This document shows positions 60,385 through 64,000 of a stretch of DNA of 64,000 bases, one piece after another (positions within the stretch are counted from its first letter, which is position 1; every line of letters starts with the position of its first letter). The DNA is taken from NCBI GenBank assembly GCA_024638465.1, contig JAHEKF010000008.1, forward strand, positions 4,549 to 68,548. Direction: 5' to 3'. The translations under genes were made by a program, and so were the position numbers. Below the pieces are notes generated by a model. It saw only the letters and a program-made list of their open reading frames with translations. It did not search any database and had not been told where the DNA came from. The DNA is from Rhodospirillaceae bacterium (lineage in GTDB: Bacteria > Pseudomonadota > Gammaproteobacteria > Steroidobacterales > Rariloculaceae).

Positions 60385-61141
60385 AGTCGATCGTCAATGG
60401 CGCATGATCCGAGAAAACTTTCCTGGTATAGATCGCGACCTTCTCGATCCTGTCCTCGAGTTCCGGCGTCACGAGGTGATAATCGATCCTCCAGCCGACA
60501 TTCTTTGCTCGCGCCTGGCCGCGCGCTGACCACCAGGTGTACTGATCGGGCTTCTGATTGAGTACGCGGAAAGCGTCGATGTATTCGCCCGTCGTGAGAA
60601 CGCGTTCCATCCATTCACGTTCCTCCGGCAGAAAGCCCGAGTTCTTCTTATTGCCACGCCAGTTCTTGAGATCGATCTCCTTATGCGCGATATTGAAGTC
60701 GCCGCACAATATATAAGGTATAGGTTTTCTCCTGAGTTCCGCCAGATGATCCTCGAACAGTTCGAGGAAGCGAAATTTCGAAGCCTGGCGGTGCTCGCCC
60801 GCCGATCCGGACGGCAGATAAATACTGACCACGGCAACATCGTCGAAAATCGCTTCGAGATACCGGCCTTCGGCATCGAACTCCTCGGCGCCGAGCCCGA
60901 CGACGACTTCATTCGGTTCCACGCGCGAGTACAGCGCCACACCGCTGTAGCCAGGCTTTACCGCTTCGTGGACGAAACGGTGATAGCCGCGGCGTTCGAA
61001 CGGCGAACCCTGGATCTGTTCCTGTTTCGCTTTGAGTTCCTGAACGCAGAGCACGTCGGTCTTCTGCCGGGCGAACCAGTCGAAGAAGCCTTTCTTCGCG
61101 GCCGCACGAATTCCGTTGGCGTTGAAACTCATCACTCTCAA
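60374..61141 (-). CDS. xth: Exodeoxyribonuclease III (AP endonuclease)
   Basis: NANGIRAA, QELK, CGDFNIAH, GWRIDY, SDHAP. Confidence 0.93.
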   Translation of the reverse strand: MRVMSFNANGIRAAAKKGFFDWFARQKTDVLCVQELKAKQEQIQGSPFERRGYHRFVHEAVKPGYSGVALYSRVEPNEVVVGLGAEEFDAEGRYLEAIFDDVAVVSIYLPSGSAGEHRQASKFRFLELFEDHLAELRRKPIPYILCGDFNIAHKEIDLKNWRGNKKNSGFLPEEREWMERVLTTGEYIDAFRVLNQKPDQYTWWSARGQARAKNVGWRIDYHLVTPELEDRIEKVAIYTRKVFSDHAPLTIDYGI

Positions 61142-61257
61142 AGGTGTCGGCTCCTCATCTAGGGGAAATACCTGCACAAGGCGTGGGGCAATAACCTAGC
61201 AGATCCCCAATCGTCGGGAAGCGCTGTATCATAGAGTAAGGTCAGTCCCTGGTCTTC

Positions 61258-61920
61258 ATGGAAGCGTATAAAACACAGTTCCTGGAATTAGCGCTCGAGC
61301 TCGGTGTGCTTCGCTTCGGCGAATTCGAACTTAAGTCCGGCCGAATCAGCCCCTATTTCTTCAACGCGGGACTCTTCAACACCGGGTATGCCGCGGCGAA
61401 GCTGGGCCGCTGTTACGCATCGGCAATCGTGGAACTCGACATCGAGTTCGACATGTTGTTCGGCCCGGCCTACAAGGGAATCGGGCTCGTCAATCTGACT
61501 GCCGCGGCTCTGGCGGAGCATCACGATGTCGACGTGCCTTTCGCATTCAATCGCAAGGAAGCGAAAGACCACGGCGAAGGCGGCGCCTGCGTCGGTGCGC
61601 CTGTAACCGGTCGCGTTCTGATACTCGATGACGTGATTACTGCCGGCACTGCGGTCAGAGAGGTCATCGAACTCATCGTCAATGCCGGCGCCGAGCCGGC
61701 TGGCGTTCTCGTCGCGCTCGACCGGGAGGAAATCGGCGGGCGCGGCCGAGTCTCCGCCGTGCGCGAGCTCGAGGCGAGCCTGGGCGTTCCCGTACGCTGT
61801 ATCGTGTCATTGACCGACCTCGTCGACCACCTCGAGGATGACGCAGAATTCTCGGAGTTTCTGCCGAGTGTGCGCGCTTACCGGAATCGCTATGGCGTCG
61901 CGATCGAGGATGCCCGTTAG
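61258..61920 (+). CDS. pyrE: Orotate phosphoribosyltransferase
   Basis: [39 protein letters not shown]. Confidence 0.98.
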   Translation: MEAYKTQFLELALELGVLRFGEFELKSGRISPYFFNAGLFNTGYAAAKLGRCYASAIVELDIEFDMLFGPAYKGIGLVNLTAAALAEHHDVDVPFAFNRKEAKDHGEGGACVGAPVTGRVLILDDVITAGTAVREVIELIVNAGAEPAGVLVALDREEIGGRGRVSAVRELEASLGVPVRCIVSLTDLVDHLEDDAEFSEFLPSVRAYRNRYGVAIEDAR

Positions 61921-62035
61921 CAGCTCGTTTTCGCGACGAAATTCGAGAAACGCGGCATGGTTAACCCCCTGGAACGGGTTTAATCTGCTATACCTGAGCT
62001 ACGCAAAGCACGGTATTTCTTGACATAATGCGATC

Positions 62036-62665
62036 ATGAGCATTTGGCCAACAAGTCTGGCGCTCGCTGCCCTGTCCTTGGGGTTGTCGCAGGCGTCCGC
62101 CCAGAGCCTCTACCGATGGGTAGACGAGAACGGGCAGGTGCATTACGGCGATCACATTCCGCCGGCGTACGCCACTCGGGATCACGAAGTGCTCAACGAC
62201 CACGGGGTGTCGTTGCGAACGATCGACGGCGCGGCAACGGACGAAGAGCTTGCCGAGCGGGATCGGGTCGCGGCTGAACAGGAAGCAACACGTCTCGCAG
62301 AAATCAGACAGGCCAACCGCGACCGCGTACTTCTCGACACCTATCTCTCGGTGGACGAAATTATCCGACTGCGTGACCAGCGTCTCGACCTGCTCGAGGC
62401 GCAGATCTCCGTCACCGAAACCTACCTTGCGAATCTCAACGATCGGCTTCTGGAACTGCGTCAGAGTGCGAATCGATTCAAGCCGTATAGCGTCGACCCC
62501 GACGCGTCCGAAATTCCGGAAAATCTGGCTCTGGACATGGCGCAGACCGCAGACTCGATCACGCTCTACGAGCAAACGCTGGTACGCACTCGTACGCAGG
62601 CTCAGACATTGAGCGAAGCTTTCGCCCGGGACATCGAGCGATTCGAGGAATTAACGGGGTCCTGA
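62036..62665 (+). CDS. DUF4124-domain exported coiled-coil protein
   Basis: Signal peptide, then LYRWVDENGQVHYGDHIPP and RDRVLLDTY. Confidence 0.85.
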   Translation: MSIWPTSLALAALSLGLSQASAQSLYRWVDENGQVHYGDHIPPAYATRDHEVLNDHGVSLRTIDGAATDEELAERDRVAAEQEATRLAEIRQANRDRVLLDTYLSVDEIIRLRDQRLDLLEAQISVTETYLANLNDRLLELRQSANRFKPYSVDPDASEIPENLALDMAQTADSITLYEQTLVRTRTQAQTLSEAFARDIERFEELTGS

Positions 62666-62682
62666 GGAAATCGGAGATCTGA

Positions 62683-63153
62683 CTATACGGTTCCCGTATG
62701 GCCGAAACCACCCGCGCCGCGGTCGGTCGCTTCAAAAGATTCCACAAGCTCGAAACTAACCTGCTCGACGGGGACGATAACCAGCTGGGCGACGCGCTCG
62801 CCGGGATTGATTTCGAAACTGGTCGATCCCCGGTTCCAGCAAGATATCAATAACTCGCCCTGGTAGTCGGAATCGATGAGTCCTACGAGATTGCCAAGCA
62901 CGATCCCATGCTTATGCCCAAGACCCGAACGCGGCAAAATCATTGCGGCGAGGCCCGGGTCGTCAAGATAGATCGCCAATCCCGTATGCAATAGTTCGCA
63001 GTCTCCGGGCTCGAGCGTCAATGGTTCATCCAGGCAGACGCGAAGATCGACTCCGGCCGAACCGGCGGTGCCGGCTTCCGGCAATGGGATATCGCGACCA
63101 ACGCGCGGGTCGAGAATCTTGAGCTGAACGCTCGTAGGCCGGGTTCCGCTCAT
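62683..63153 (-). CDS. dut: dUTP diphosphatase
   Basis: [37 protein letters not shown]. Confidence 0.98.
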   Translation of the reverse strand: MSGTRPTSVQLKILDPRVGRDIPLPEAGTAGSAGVDLRVCLDEPLTLEPGDCELLHTGLAIYLDDPGLAAMILPRSGLGHKHGIVLGNLVGLIDSDYQGELLISCWNRGSTSFEINPGERVAQLVIVPVEQVSFELVESFEATDRGAGGFGHTGTV

Positions 63154-63164
63154 CGTGCCGGCGA

Positions 63165-64000
63165 TCAACCGGCCTGCGACGAGGAATTACCGGAGACGGT
63201 CGTCTCGCGATAGCGCTGCGCGATGAGCTCGATCAGGCGTCGCGCCAGGACACCTTTTGTCGTTTGCTCGAGCTGCGCTTCACCGCCACGCCAAAGTACG
63301 TTCAGCGAGTTGGTTTCCTGATCAAATCCGCAATCGGGACCGACCTTGTTCGCCGCTATCATATCGAGACCCTTGCTCTCCAGCTTCTGCCGCGCATGCT
63401 CGATCACGTCGTTGGTCTCAGCGGCGAAGCCGACGGTGAACGGACCACCGTCGAGCGTAGCGACACTCGCGAGCGTATCCTGCGATTTGGTGAGCTCGAG
63501 ATTAATGTCCTTGCTCGAGCGCTTGATCTTGCTCTCCGAGGGGCTCTGCGGGCGATAATCCGAAACGGCGGCACAGGCGATGAACAGGTCGGTTTCACCG
63601 ATCAACCCGTGAACGGCATCGTACATCTGCTGTGCGGTTTCGACGTCTACGCGGTCCACGCCGGCGGGCGTTTGCAGCGCGACGGGGCCGGTAACGAGAA
63701 CGACATCCGCACCGGCTTGCTGAGCTGCCGCGGCGAGTGCGAACCCCATTTTCCCGGAGCTTCGATTGGTGATATAGCGAACGGGATCGATCGGCTCCCG
63801 GGTAGGACCCGCAGTAATTACGGTTCGTAGTCCGCGCAGCGACTCGGACGCGAGCACGGCTGGCTCCTCGAAAACTGCCCGAACGATGTCGGCGGGTTCC
63901 AGCATTCGCCCCGGCCCCGTTTCACCACAGGCCTGATCGCCAACGCCGGGACCGATAACTCGGATCCCGCGCTGCTCGAGCAGTTGTCGATTCGCCTGTA
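63165..64000 (-). CDS. coaBC: Bifunctional CoaBC (5' end off the window)
   Basis: [51 protein letters not shown]. Confidence 0.97.
   Translation of the reverse strand, partial: QANRQLLEQRGIRVIGPGVGDQACGETGPGRMLEPADIVRAVFEEPAVLASESLRGLRTVITAGPTREPIDPVRYITNRSSGKMGFALAAAAQQAGADVVLVTGPVALQTPAGVDRVDVETAQQMYDAVHGLIGETDLFIACAAVSDYRPQSPSESKIKRSSKDINLELTKSQDTLASVATLDGGPFTVGFAAETNDVIEHARQKLESKGLDMIAANKVGPDCGFDQETNSLNVLWRGGEAQLEQTTKGVLARRLIELIAQRYRETTVSGNSSSQAG

Noticed and set aside
60374-61141. Crc catabolite repression protein (same position next to pyrE in Pseudomonas)
   Set aside because: Catalytic QE, GDFN and SDH motifs are intact, which indicates an active exonuclease III.

Overview
GC-rich chromosomal window, most likely from a gammaproteobacterium (gene orders coaBC-dut, pyrE/xth-ampG and asmA-mutY-yggX). 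All calls come from reading motifs by eye; no searches were run. Housekeeping genes (acs, mutY, yggX, asmA, fda, trmB, ampG, xth, pyrE, dut, coaBC, tRNA-Gly(CCC)) are mixed with several unusual modules. (1) A decaheme MtrA/MtrB-type porin-cytochrome pair lies head-to-head, 90 bp apart, with an NQR-like operon (nqrBCDEF) that has no nqrA. Its NqrB lacks the N-terminal segment and has Asp where the FMN-carrying Thr should be. This is a candidate quinone-independent electron path between NAD(H) and the cell surface. (2) A SulP-DabA-MrpEFGBBCD-NuoL-NuoM operon, whose NuoL-like subunit has a triplicated 25-aa lateral-helix repeat, is a candidate large inorganic-carbon pump. (3) A diheme lipoprotein and a Cyc2-like monoheme cytochrome-porin fusion head an operon of radical SAM enzymes and methyltransferases. 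(4) A decayed ~6 kb island beside tRNA-Gly is bounded by displaced 5' tRNA halves inside ~160-bp direct repeats. (5) A ThiF/BNR-propeller/MoaD trio, a metY-CoA-binding-OsmC-FMO operon, a Pho-box porin and a sigma54/NtrC-type porin promoter are also present.
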